The position numbers were made by a program, and so were the translations under genes. The notes under the pieces were generated by a model, which saw nothing but the letters and a program-made list of their open reading frames with translations, was not told where the DNA came from and searched no databases. Positions 53,579 to 64,000 of a stretch of DNA of 64,000 nt are shown in pieces (within the stretch, counting starts at the first letter, position 1; each line of letters opens with the position of its first letter). The stretch is taken from NCBI GenBank assembly GCA_012295275.1, contig CM022665.1, positions 2,914,001 through 2,978,000 on the forward strand, in the 5' to 3' direction. This stretch comes from Chrysomallon squamiferum (Eukaryota > Animalia > Mollusca).

Positions 53579-54115
53579 GTAAAGAGAGAAAGAAATTATA
53601 ATAATAAATAAATAAAACAAATGAAAGAAATTATAATAATAAATAAATAAATAAAAGAAATGAAATAAATTAAGTAAATATATAAATAAAATAGATTAAA
53701 ATAAAATAAAATAAATAAATAAATAAAATTCCATACGAGTTAACAGTAACTGAAAGATTCCTCTATACATTATCTACTATGACGCCATATTTATTTCATA
53801 AATGGGCATAACGAAAATACTGAAGCAAAGTTATTATAAAACAGACCCATAGTTTGTAGACAAAATATTGTTAAAATTTCAAGTCCTAATCTAATTTCAG
53901 GTTTGCTGTGTAAAAACTTAATTTATCTGTTTACTGAATGTCTCAAAATTATTGAATGAAATTTGAGTTCCTTATTTTTAAACGAAAGGTCAATATACTT
54001 AGAAGATGAACGCTTAATAAATCATTTTGTCGTTGTTGTTGCTGTTGTTGATCGCTGTGTAGGATAGCGTTAGAAAATATCTAATTTTGTGCAACAATAC
54101 CTTGTAGAGATCTGC
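50480..54115. repeat. Diverged long inverted repeat: arm A about 50480-50870, arm B about 53715-54115
   Basis: Collinear reverse-complement blocks: cagatctctacaaggta / taccttgtagagatctg; caataattttgagacattca / tgaatgtctcaaaattattg; agcaaacctg / caggtttgct; gatgtacagaggaatctt / aagattcctctatacatt; ggaattttattt / aaataaaattcc. Confidence 0.8.
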
Positions 54116-54434
54116 TAACCTGACCAATGCATCGCAAATTAGCGGTTGACATTCTGCACTAAGTAACTACAATTTGAGGTTTAAGCACACGCAGCCTGCA
54201 CACAAGAGATCCTCTTAACAACAAAGCGTAGGATGGAAATAATAAATGGCTGTACCCGTGAGGGATGGGCCGTACCAGTAGTTATTAAACAAGCAATGCT
54301 GTTTTCCTTTAATAACAATGTCGTGTTTTCTCGTGCATGTCAAATTACCAAAATAATCTATGAGTATTATCTCTTAATTCATATATTAGACTAATAAATC
54401 AATATGATTACCCCCCGCGAATAATATATATATA

Positions 54435-54490
54435 AATACGATATAAAAGCAATCCCAAAGCAATGTCACATACATACATACATACATACA

Positions 54491-54523
<33 letters not shown>

Positions 54524-54574
54524 TTATGTATATATGTATGTGACATTGCTTTGGGATGGCTTTTATATCGTATT
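54435..54574. repeat. Near-perfect hairpin (about 42-bp arms) enclosing a (CATA)n microsatellite
   Basis: aatacgatataaaagcaatcccaaagcaatgtcacatacata is the reverse complement of tatgtatgtgacattgctttgggatggcttttatatcgtatt, with one mismatch. Confidence 0.9.
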
Positions 54575-55048
54575 GATACAAAAAAAAAAAAAAAAACCGG
54601 CGTCACTCCGTGTTTTATGCAAATATAAAACTGAAAACTGCTTAGTAATAGACGAAAACAAAGATTCTGGAAAGGTGTGAGAGTTCGGGGATAGGGCCAT
54701 CAGTGAGAATGAACTTTCGTATAAAGAGGAATAAATGAGATTCCGTAGAAAGATGATTTAAAAATTTAAGAAATAAATTAATTAAATTAAATTAAATTAA
54801 ATTAAATTAAAATAAATAAATATTGCTACACAAATACATATGTCTGACATAATTATTTCAAAAATGTTCTGTAAATTATTTTATATTTATATAAACTGAA
54901 AACAAATAAATACCGTGGGCAGAAATTACAACTTTTAGGGTAAAAAAAAAATGAAAAGAAGAACAGTTTTTTGTTTCTTTGTTGTTTGTTGGAGTTTCTT
55001 TTGTGTTTTTTCCTTCTTATTTCTTTTCTTTTTCTTTTTTTTTTTTTT

Positions 55049-55084
<36 letters not shown>

Positions 55085-55219
55085 TTGTTGTTGTTGTTGT
55101 TGTTGTTATTGTTTGTGGTTTGTTGTTGCTGGCGGTTTTTGGGTGCTTTTTTTTTTTTAAATTCTTATTTATATTTATTTCTGTTGATAATTCTCGTAAC
55201 AGTAACAAACAAGCAAAAT

Positions 55220-55252
<33 letters not shown>

Positions 55253-55901
55253 AATAATAATAATAAAAATAATAATAATAACAAGCAACAACAAAAATAA
55301 AAAAGAAAGAAAAGAAAAGAATCAATAAAGCAAACTTAAATGATAGAAGGGAGATAAATCCTACTATCAAATACTACTAACCAAGACACTACTTGCAGCT
55401 TTTTTTTTCTTTTTTTTTTGTTGTTGTTTTTTGGTGATGGTGGGGGGGGTCCACTTAAATCGCTTAATTTTGATCACAAATACTGGGCAAAAAATGCCCG
55501 GCTGGGCTACTTAGATTTTATAATTAATATTTCAGTTTTCGAGGTATCTGCATATTCTCAACACAGTTTTCCGATAGGAAATTTAAAAATTATTTTAAAG
55601 TGTCTACTTATTGATAATGTGCAAATAAATGACATATGATTTTGACATTTTATGAACAAAACTATGCATACGGTAAATTTACACTATAAATAAAATCCGT
55701 CCGATGAAAATCAAAGAATTTATTTTATGTGGCCTAAAGTACCCCCCCCCAAATAATAATATAAAATAAAATAAATAAATAAAATAATAATAATAATAAA
55801 AATTATAATTAAGATCAGAAAGGTTATTAATATTTATATATTGTTTTTTGTAATTATTTTTTTCATTGATTTATTCATTCATTCATCTTTTTCTTTCTTT
55901 C

Positions 55902-56082
55902 CATGGCCGTAATTACATTGAGGCAAATGCCTCATACCGAAATAGAGGATTTTTATTTTATTTTATTATTATTATTTTTTTTTTTAAATACAAATGGCTA
56001 GAATCGAGGATTGTGCCCCCAGACCCCTCGCCCAAATTTAGTGGTTTTGCCTCATTTCAAAAAGAGTCTAGTTAAATCCATG
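55902..56082. mobile_element. Putative small MITE
   Basis: Ends CATGGCCGTAATTA...TAGTTAAATCCATG form an imperfect TIR, with subterminal TGAGGCAAA/TTTGCCTCA inverted pair, internal gcccccagacccc motif and flanking CTTTC on both sides (possible 5-bp TSD). Confidence 0.45.
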
Positions 56083-56846
56083 CTTTCTAGTTTTTCTTTC
56101 TTTCAGTAATGTGTTGTTCACGTGTACCGTTCTTAACAAAATCCAATTCATAAATCAGTGCGAGAAAACAAATAATATAATGATTGGAAAACAGCACCCT
56201 TTGGATTGACAAACTATATAGATACCCAGTTCCTATTAAATTTGGTAGGGGTTGAGATAAGGAATTTCACCACTGTTAAAATAGAAAATAAGTAAACAAA
56301 TAGCAATAACAAAACATATATTCAGCTAGTATTGATCTAAATTTACCAATATGATAAGATTTTTCAAAATAATTTCCACAGTTTGAGTATAATGTAAAAT
56401 GTTTGGCAGAATTTTATTTATTTCATTAGTGTTTTACGTTTGCAACGATGCAGGCTATATAGGCATTTGTACATCTAATATATAACAAGTCATTTTGCAC
56501 TTGGATTATTCAATGCATATTTTTATTTTTATTTTTTATAATAATAATAAATGTTCATCGTTCATAAAATATTACGATGGTGGGCCTTTAATTACTTAAT
56601 CATTAACGGTATGACATAATGACGTTTTATTAGCTTATAATTTATGGTATGAGTGGCTGTGTAATGTTTGAAAAATAATTACATTTGAAATGCATTTCTC
56701 GAATATACACATCCAAACCAGTGTATGTCAAATTATTTAGTTAATTTGTTTCTCCTTATAAATGTGCACTTTTTCTCACCTACGTATAATATAGCTAACA
56801 TTATTATCAGTACGAATTGATTTGGTAGGCGTCCTGGGTTTTCAAG

Positions 56847-56952
56847 ATGGCGATGAACAGAAATGAATATGTGCTAGATGAATTGATATGTTATCTTAGC
56901 AACTCTTTGTTTCAGGTTCCAGTTATATCTTTTATGGAGAACAATTGTATTA
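56847..56952 (+). CDS. CFAP36: CFAP36 (CCDC104) exon 1
   Basis: ATG in context caagATGGcg. Encodes MAMNRNEYVLDELICYLSNSLFQVPVISFMENNCI, the start of the BART-like domain. Donor A|GTACGT at 56953 (phase 1). Confidence 0.85.
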
Positions 56953-57360
56953 GTACGTATTTATTTAAAATAGTTATTAAAGTACGGAGTAGTAACTATT
57001 ATGTTTGGTGTGTAATTATCGCCATCTGTAACGAGAAACTATACCATGCATTGATGTATTACCGACCTGTATTTATTTAGTACTAACGATTATGATGATG
57101 ATGACAGTGTTAATATGTAATTTCGAGACTGATGTTAATGTTTTCATAAATTGTATTAAATAAAGAAGTAAATAAGATAATAATTGATACTTGTATATTT
57201 TAAGAGGCATTTTTAATGTAAGTCAGTTTTCCATTATTTCATATGCTTGCCTTTTCTAATACAGAATTACTTACATACCTGTTATTAAGATTGATTATAA
57301 ATATTCTTTCTGTGATAATATAATTTATAAATGCATCTGTTTTTATTATTATGTTGATAG

Positions 57361-57425
57361 TATTTGAACCAAATTGTGAAAATACTCCAGAATGCCAGGC
57401 AGTCCACAAGGAATACAAAAAAATG
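57361..57425 (+). CDS. CFAP36: CFAP36 exon 2
   Basis: Acceptor gatag. Encodes (I)FEPNCENTPECQAVHKEYKKM (cf. HxEYKxL of the BART-like domain). Donor GTGTGT at 57426. Confidence 0.85.
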
Positions 57426-57750
57426 GTGTGTGCAATAATTTTTGTTAACTTTGTGTTTTGGTTCTCTTAATTTTTATATTATGCAGTTAGTTTCTTTTTT
57501 ACATAAAGTAATACATTTTAGAATAACTACACTGAAGTGAAAAAAAATCTAAATGAATATATGGCAAATGAAAAATATTATATTGTTGGTGTAAAACCCT
57601 CATAATACATTGTTAATTAAAATACTTTTTCTTTTTTTAATTCTGTGGTTTTTACATCTTAATTATGAGTTGTTTGATAACTGAAGTATTTCCTGTACAA
57701 TTGTCCAGTATAACAATGTTTTATTTTATTTTAAATATTTTTCTCTCCAG

Positions 57751-57861
57751 ATTGATGCACTATTAAGCAGTTTTCAGACTGACACAGGACTCACTCACGA
57801 GCAGATTCTGCAGGCTTTAAAGGACTTGAATGCTAAACCTGAACTCAGAGATGTATTTCAG
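57751..57861 (+). CDS. CFAP36: CFAP36 exon 3
   Basis: Acceptor ttctctccag. Encodes IDALLSSFQTDTGLTHEQILQALKDLNAKPELRDVFQ. Donor CAG|GTCAGT. Confidence 0.85.
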
Positions 57862-57950
57862 GTCAGTACTCATGCTCATTGTTTTGTTGACCTTTATATA
57901 GTGTCATTTTGTCTTTAAGAAACAGTTTATTCAAAATATGTTTTAAAATA

Positions 57951-58708
57951 CAGTGGTACCTCAACTTATGAGTTACAAGCAGTCGCCTGGTTGATTTTTT
58001 TATTTGAGTTGTAAGCCAAAATCCAAGTTACGAGGGAGCTTCAGATATGCTGCCACAATTAGCGCAACAAACAACACAGTATCCACCCAGCGTCTTGTGT
58101 CTCACTCATTTGCGTCATGTGGTGACCTTACCATGGAAGCATCTCTGGTGTGTTGTGCTCATGTTTTGTGCAGTATTTTGCCACATTTCCATGGATCGTA
58201 AGAAACTGAGTTCAAAGGACAGTGCTGAGAAGAAGAAGCAGATGATGTTCATTGAATTAAAGCATGAAATCATAGAAAAACGTGAGTGAGGCAAGTGTAT
58301 AGTCAACATGGCTAGGCAGTACAAGCATAGTACTTTTACAATATGTACCATACTGAAGCAGAAGGAGTCGATAAAGGATGTAACTCCAGCCAAAGATGTT
58401 AAAATAATTTCTAAGCTGTGGGCCTCTTTCCATGAAATGATGGAGAAACCCTAACCCTGTACACTTTACAAAACCAATTTATTTCTTTACATTCTCTTTC
58501 ATTTTGTTTTTTTATACAATATTTGTCATTTATGAATACATTTTTCTTATTTAAAAACATATACCAAAACCTGGGGTGGTTTTTGTGGGGGCTAGAATGG
58601 ATTAATGGTATTTCAATTAATTTCATTTGGCAAAACTGATATATCAGCAAATTTGAGTTACGAACTCAGTCACAGAAGGTATTAAACTCGTAACTCAAGG
58701 TACCACTA
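57951..58708 (+). mobile_element. Internally deleted Tigger/pogo-type (Tc1/mariner superfamily) DNA transposon in CFAP36 intron 3
   Basis: TA|CAGTGGTACCTCAACTTATGAGTT ... AACTCGTAACTCAAGGTACCACTA|TA gives imperfect 24-bp TIRs and a TA target duplication. An internal decayed transposase N-terminus is present. Confidence 0.85.
58191..58454 (+). pseudogene. Remnant of Tigger-like transposase N-terminal (CENP-B-type HTH) domain
   Basis: Reads MDRKKLSSKDSAEKKKQMMFIELKHEIIEKRE*GKCIVNMARQYKHSTFTICTILKQKESIK...MMEKP*, with an in-frame TGA (likely from CGA) and no DDD catalytic domain. Confidence 0.8.
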
Positions 58709-58948
58709 TATTTCAAAATCAATATTCCTTTTTTTTTTTTTGTATATATGTATCTCTCTATGTTTAAAACTAAAAATATCATTGTGAAATTAAATACTTT
58801 GCTAAATTTATTGTTTTAACTGATAAAAATATTTTATTGGGACAATTGGTCAAACAGCTTAATTAAGTATTATTTTAGAATGTAAATATATTTGCAAATA
58901 AATGCCTAGATGTCTTAATAATTATGTAAATAACTTTACTTTAATCAG

Positions 58949-59148
58949 AATCTCTTTGAACAAGTCTTGGCAGCTGATGATCCTGATATATTTTTTCGGC
59001 TGATGGTTCAGAAAAACATTGAACTGCAACATCAGGCATTGATGTTCATCATTAAGCTGCAAGGCAACCTTCCTGCTAGTTTAACTGGCACAGGTGAAGT
59101 TAAAGAGGACCAATTCCCTGATGATGATGTGTTAAAAGCAGTTCTGGA
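58949..59148 (+). CDS. CFAP36: CFAP36 exon 4
   Basis: Acceptor taatcag. Encodes NLFEQVLAADDPDIFFRLMVQKNIELQHQALMFII..., matching the CFAP36 VLAAxDFxxFxxMMVQKNIExQxQA motif. Donor GA|GTATGT (phase 2). Confidence 0.92.
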
Positions 59149-59546
59149 GTATGTATAATAAAAGCCTTCATTATTTTTTCTGTTGATATATATTTGAAAG
59201 AAAGATAAAATAATCTTCTTTTTTTTTTAATTAAATATATAAATTTCTGGCTATATATATATATATATAAAAAAAAGAAGAAAAGAAATGCAGTTTTGCT
59301 ATCTATCTTACTATTGTTGTTATAAAAATTATGTATTTTTAGAAATAAGGTTTTTAAGAATGTTTTTAAGACTGAAAAGAAGAATCATTTACAAAAATAC
59401 CATGAGAAAAAAAATGTAGTCTTAAGGATTAGTCTCAGAAATCCAGGAACATTTATTTTAATTTATTATATTCATGATTATGTTTGTGCAAATCTTTTTA
59501 ACTGAATAATTTGTCTAACCAGAAAAAAACTTTGTTGTTTCTGCAG

Positions 59547-59691
59547 ACAGTCTAGGAAGGAATATGATGATGATCAGAAACAGTTGAATGCCAGAGATGA
59601 GGAGCAGTATCAGGCTGTTATCATCATGTCTCGTGATGAGTCTCTGCATCTACAGGATGAGATGAAAAAGGAACACGAAAAACTTGCACAG
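59547..59691 (+). CDS. CFAP36: CFAP36 exon 5
   Basis: Acceptor ttctgcag. Encodes (E)QSRKEYDDDQKQ...EHEKLAQ (cf. VLxxSKEEYD). Donor CAG|GTTAAT. Confidence 0.85.
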
Positions 59692-60356
59692 GTTAATAAT
59701 TAAAATGTTTATTTATTTAAAATATTATAACTTGTAGATTAATTCTTAAAAAATTATCTGTTGATAATTAATTGCTTATATGTCAGGATCTTTGAATGCA
59801 GCTTTAAACATTGCAGAATTAAATGATTTTGTTGTTTAGACTTTATGTTCAGCATTTATCTAATCATACTATATACTTGTTATAGTTAATATGAATAAAG
59901 TTTGCATATGAAACAAATTAACATAGCATTTGATACACAATGGTAATCCAAATATTAAAAGAAAATTAGATTTTATTTCTATTTTATTTTTTAAAATTCA
60001 CCAATTTGTCAATTATAAGTTAAATCTGTGAATTCCTTCTTTGATGAAATTTGATAAATGTGAAATAAACTTAAATAGAGTATTCTTTTGATTGAAAGTT
60101 ATTGACAGAATTGATATAATATTTTTCTTTTTAAATGTTCATATTTTAAAGTAAAACACTAGAGTAATAATTGTGTTTTTGTAACTTTTTTCATCAAAAC
60201 CCACAAAGCTATTCTTCACACAATAAACAACATTATACAGGAAAGAAATTACTTTATAAAATCGATAAAATAGTGATTTTGGGTGGAAATAAAAATTACT
60301 ATATTTTATTATCTTGTATATAAAAACAAATGTTTTTTAATTTTTCATATTTTCAG

Positions 60357-60473
60357 AAACTTACATCAGTTTCCTTAGAAGAACCATCTACATCGAAAAC
60401 AAGAACCAGTCAGAAAAAAAATACAGCCGCACCATTTTTAGCCCAGCAGAGTCTGACTGACCTGAAATCTGCT
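60357..60473 (+). CDS. CFAP36: CFAP36 exon 6 (low-complexity linker, phase 0-0)
   Basis: Acceptor attttcag, then an open 39-codon frame KLTSVSLEEPSTSKTRTSQKKNTAAPFLAQQSLTDLKSA, then donor GTAAGA at 60474. Supported by splice sites and frame only. Confidence 0.65.
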
Positions 60474-60591
60474 GTAAGACAGATTTAATATTTTTTAACT
60501 GTAAAAAATAAAAGTTTCTGTTTAATACTCTCATTCTGATAGTTATAACATTGCTAAAATATGTTTTCTTCACATTCACAAAAGCACATTG

Positions 60592-60631
<40 letters not shown>

Positions 60632-60871
60632 TCTTTATAGTGTTCAGTATTCACTTTTAGCGTGGAATGCTTTATTCACACTTTAAAGATTGCATGTATT
60701 ATAATATCCTTTGAGTTTGATATCTTACATAACTGAAATAGCTAGACATTTGTTTGTTTGTTGGGATTTTTTTTTTTTTTTTTAATTTATTTAAAATAAG
60801 ATTTACCCATTACCAGACATAAACTGACTTTTTTGCTTTTAATACAGAAAACAATTTCTTTGAATTTACAG

Positions 60872-61147
60872 CCTTCACTGGTTTCTGATAATATAGCCAC
60901 TTCAAAATCAGAGGCATCTATTACAGTGAAAAGTAAATCTTCAACAGCTTCAGTTAAATCACCATCAGTGAACAACACAAAAAAGCCAGTGGACACCCTG
61001 GCCCAGGGAGACCCTGGGAGTAAGTCTGTGGCAGGTGTGGTAAAGGGAGGCATCAGCAGTGCAGAGGCAGCTGCCAGCTGGTTGCAGTCAGCTCAGACAG
61101 AAGTGCAATCATCAGTAGCCCATTCTGAGGCAGTTAGAGCAATGGCT
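60872..61147 (+). CDS. CFAP36: CFAP36 exon 7 (S/K-rich linker)
   Basis: Acceptor tttacag at 60871, with an alternative in-frame acceptor at 60847. Encodes PSLVSDNIATSK...SAEAAASWLQSAQTE...VRAMA. Donor GTGAGA at 61148. Confidence 0.75.
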
Positions 61148-62228
61148 GTGAGATTTGTTTTTAATTTTATTTGTCAGTGTCCTTTCTGAACTGATTTTAG
61201 ATGCTTACGCTTTTTGATATACTACTAAGTGTTGCGCCTTCGTGTACAACTTATTTACTGTGCGACCTGGCTGAACTGGATAGAGTTTCTACCATGACCA
61301 GTTTTCATTTGGTTAGCCATTTTGTTCAGAAAACACAGAAAACAGAAATGACCAATACATTCCAGTATGTCTAAAAACCAGAATACAGACAGTTGTATTG
61401 ATAAAAGTTACATTTCTTTAACCGTTAGACTACGTTATATGTTTATCACCCACCACTTTGTCATAAACACCACAACTTTTGCCACTAACTTTACAACATT
61501 TAATACATCATATTGCATATTTCGTTTTGTCACAATCTTCATAAAGTCAGAAACAATTTAAATCCTCATTCCATATTTAGTTGCTAAATACTGTAATCAT
61601 TTGGGCATCAAATGTAAATATTTAATTAAACATGGGATGATAATTCAAATTTGGTTCATAAATTAATTTTATTTAATTATTTTTATTTGTTTATTTTATT
61701 TTATTTTATTTTATTTTATTTTATTTTATTTTATTTATATTTTTTTTAAAGCTAAATTGTTTCAGTCATTGGGTATATTGGGTAAATGAAAGTTACCACA
61801 TTATAATGCAAGAGTAACTAACATATACTCCACCATTTATAGAATAAACTGATAACAGTCAAGCAGTATATTCTTAATTAATCAAATATATTAATATTTG
61901 TATGTAGAAGATCCATCCAGTTTCTGGAATACTCAGGTTTTAGTTTATTCAGTGTTTAAATGCATTCTATACATAGGCAAAAATCTGGGTCCCAAGAAGT
62001 TTTTCACATTTTGACAGTCTCAGGTATAATTGTGATCCAGTTTTGACAGTTTCCACTATACAGTTTTATGACTGATTTTTGTAAGGTTAGTTATTAATTA
62101 ACTTATTGGTCGTACGGTCAGAAATATTTTTGGAATTTCTAATGAGTCATATTAACATGTTAAGTAGAAATTGAAGTACATGTTTGCAATGGGATAGTTT
62201 TGAAGTGAAGTTTATAACTGTCTTTTAG

Positions 62229-62516
62229 GCAGCCATGCAGAATCTCACTCCAGAAGAACGGAAAAAGCGAGAGCACTTTTTGAAGCAGCAGCGAGACAAA
62301 CTGATGGAAATGAAAAAGAAAGAAAGAGAAAAGATTTTGCAGTCTGCTGAAAAGCAGCATCCAGAGCGACCTTTGTCTGCAAAGGCTGCACGTGCAGTTA
62401 TGAACCAGGACAATAGACTGACTAAAACTGCAAACCCAGAGGACGAAAAGAAACTTGCAATGAGGCGGGCAATAGCCAGTCGAATTAAAACTGAGCTGAT
62501 GGGTAAGAAAGAATAA
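62229..62516 (+). CDS. CFAP36: CFAP36 exon 8 (C-terminal coiled coil)
   Basis: Acceptor cttttag. Encodes AAMQNLTPEERKKREHFLKQQRDKLMEMKKKER...KLAMRRAIASRIKTELMGKKE*, matching the CFAP36 RExYLKxxRDKLxxM and RRxLAxKLKxE motifs. The spliced CDS is 1308 nt (435 aa). Confidence 0.92.
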   Translation, partial: AAMQNLTPEERKKREHFLKQQRDKLMEMKKKEREKILQSAEKQHPERPLSAKAARAVMNQDNRLTKTANPEDEKKLAMRRAIASRIKTELMGKKE

Positions 62517-62693
62517 GATAAGATGGGAAATTGTCCTAATTTTGTTTCTGCATGAGGGTTGACCACACCCTTCTAAAATATCCAGCTAAAATTGTTATTT
62601 TTATTGTAATTTGTGTTTTGTGCATGGATGTATGCACATTCACCATGTTTGTGAAGGTGGCTTTTGACTTATGCCTTTCAGTTAACTTCTTAT

Positions 62694-62788
62694 AATAAAT
62701 AGAAATGTATTTCAGTAAAACAGATAATTGAGATGGTTGTTCTGTTTGTTTAATATTGCATTATGTATTTATTATAATAACAAATAAA
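62694..62788 (+). terminator. Candidate CFAP36 polyadenylation signals
   Basis: AATAAA at 62694 and 62783 downstream of the stop codon. Confidence 0.35.
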
Positions 62789-64000
62789 TGTTCATTAGGC
62801 TATTTCCGTGTTAAATATTTTTTCATATAGTACAGTTTTACCATAGTCTATTAAGATTTTTACCATTTATATTTGATATTCTTTGTTCTTGTTTATCTAC
62901 AATCAAATTTTAAAAAACCATAAATGGTCAGTTGATTTGAACTGTTTATAAGCCTATTTTAAACAACAAAACCAGACAAAACAACATTTCTGTGTTTGTA
63001 TCAAACATAAAGAAATATTAGTAACAAATACATTGTTATAATCAGATTGTAATACTTGAATTGTTTGTGAAAAACAACAATGTTGCATATCCTCAGATGC
63101 ATGCAGTTGTTGCTTGTAATACAGAAAAACAATAACACGGCAAATGACTAAAACTTTTACTGTTGTTTCAAACATGACAGTGGGTCACTCTTCTGTGGCT
63201 CATGACCACATCAACACAAAAAAAATCACTATATATTCTGCCATATGTTAATTAGTGATTTTGTATTTTGATATAGTATGCATTCTTACTTAATTTAACT
63301 ATCGTCCCTTGGGCAAGAAGCCCGAAAATATCTACCTCCTTCCAAATAAAGTTTTGCATTTCTTGGTTTAAAGAATCAAATTTTATTAAAATATATTTGT
63401 ATACTTATAAAGAATGCCAATGTTGTTTGTTTTACAGTATTCTTTATTTTATTGCCCTATTCTAAAATGCTGTATTTTTCTTTCTGTTCCATAGATGTTT
63501 AAGATATGTTAATGTTGATATCATTAAGAATAAAAACAGAAGTTGAAAATTATAATGAATGCAGTGATAAATCATTTTAAGTTTTTGCCATCCATTTCTG
63601 CATCTTCTGTGATAATATTCAGATATTACATATTTTGTCTGGAAATACTTATTAAGAAGTTGGGAAAAATTAAAATAGTTGTAGTTCTGTGTGAAACTGT
63701 TACATAGTGAATGAAATACACCAACAGAACTTTTGCCATTATCCTGTATTAACTATATTGCCAACTAATAATAATAGCTGAAAGGAACTAATCAGATGTT
63801 AGAAAGATTATATTATTAATACATCTTTTTTCTTCTTCTTTTGTCACTTTTTGCTATGTATCTTATGTATCAAAATACTGGTGCATTTTTTTCTTTTATA
63901 AACATTCAAGATACATTAACAGAGATGTAAATATGAATAAAAATAGAAGTCAAAAATTAAATTATACGCAGCTATAATTCATAAAGGATAACAGGTGTTT

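Overview
AT-rich, microsatellite-dense animal genomic DNA with spliceosomal introns, probably molluscan/lophotrochozoan (inferred from the Goosecoid sequence and repeat style). Three protein-coding genes can be assembled by hand. (1) A minus-strand gene (2158 to beyond the left edge) splices a complete triose-phosphate/PEP-translocator (TPT/SLC35E-like) domain in frame to an extra TM anchor and a domain carrying the N-K-G-D-x-A-I motif of polysaccharide pyruvyltransferases (Pvg1/EpsO-like). This suggests a PEP-transporter/pyruvyltransferase fusion in an animal; the ORF track misses the enzyme exon because it runs off the window edge. (2) goosecoid (3 exons, 32429-42663; eh1 motif, K50 homeodomain) lies in a gene-free regulatory landscape of about 54 kb that contains a CTCF-like site, GATA/TCF/K50 motif clusters and a perfect P3 K50 dimer site in its own intron 1. 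(3) CFAP36/CCDC104 (8 exons, 56847-62516) has an internally deleted Tigger/pogo transposon in intron 3. Several small MITE-like elements, hairpins and a long diverged inverted repeat are also present. All homology calls come from recalled motifs; no database search was run.
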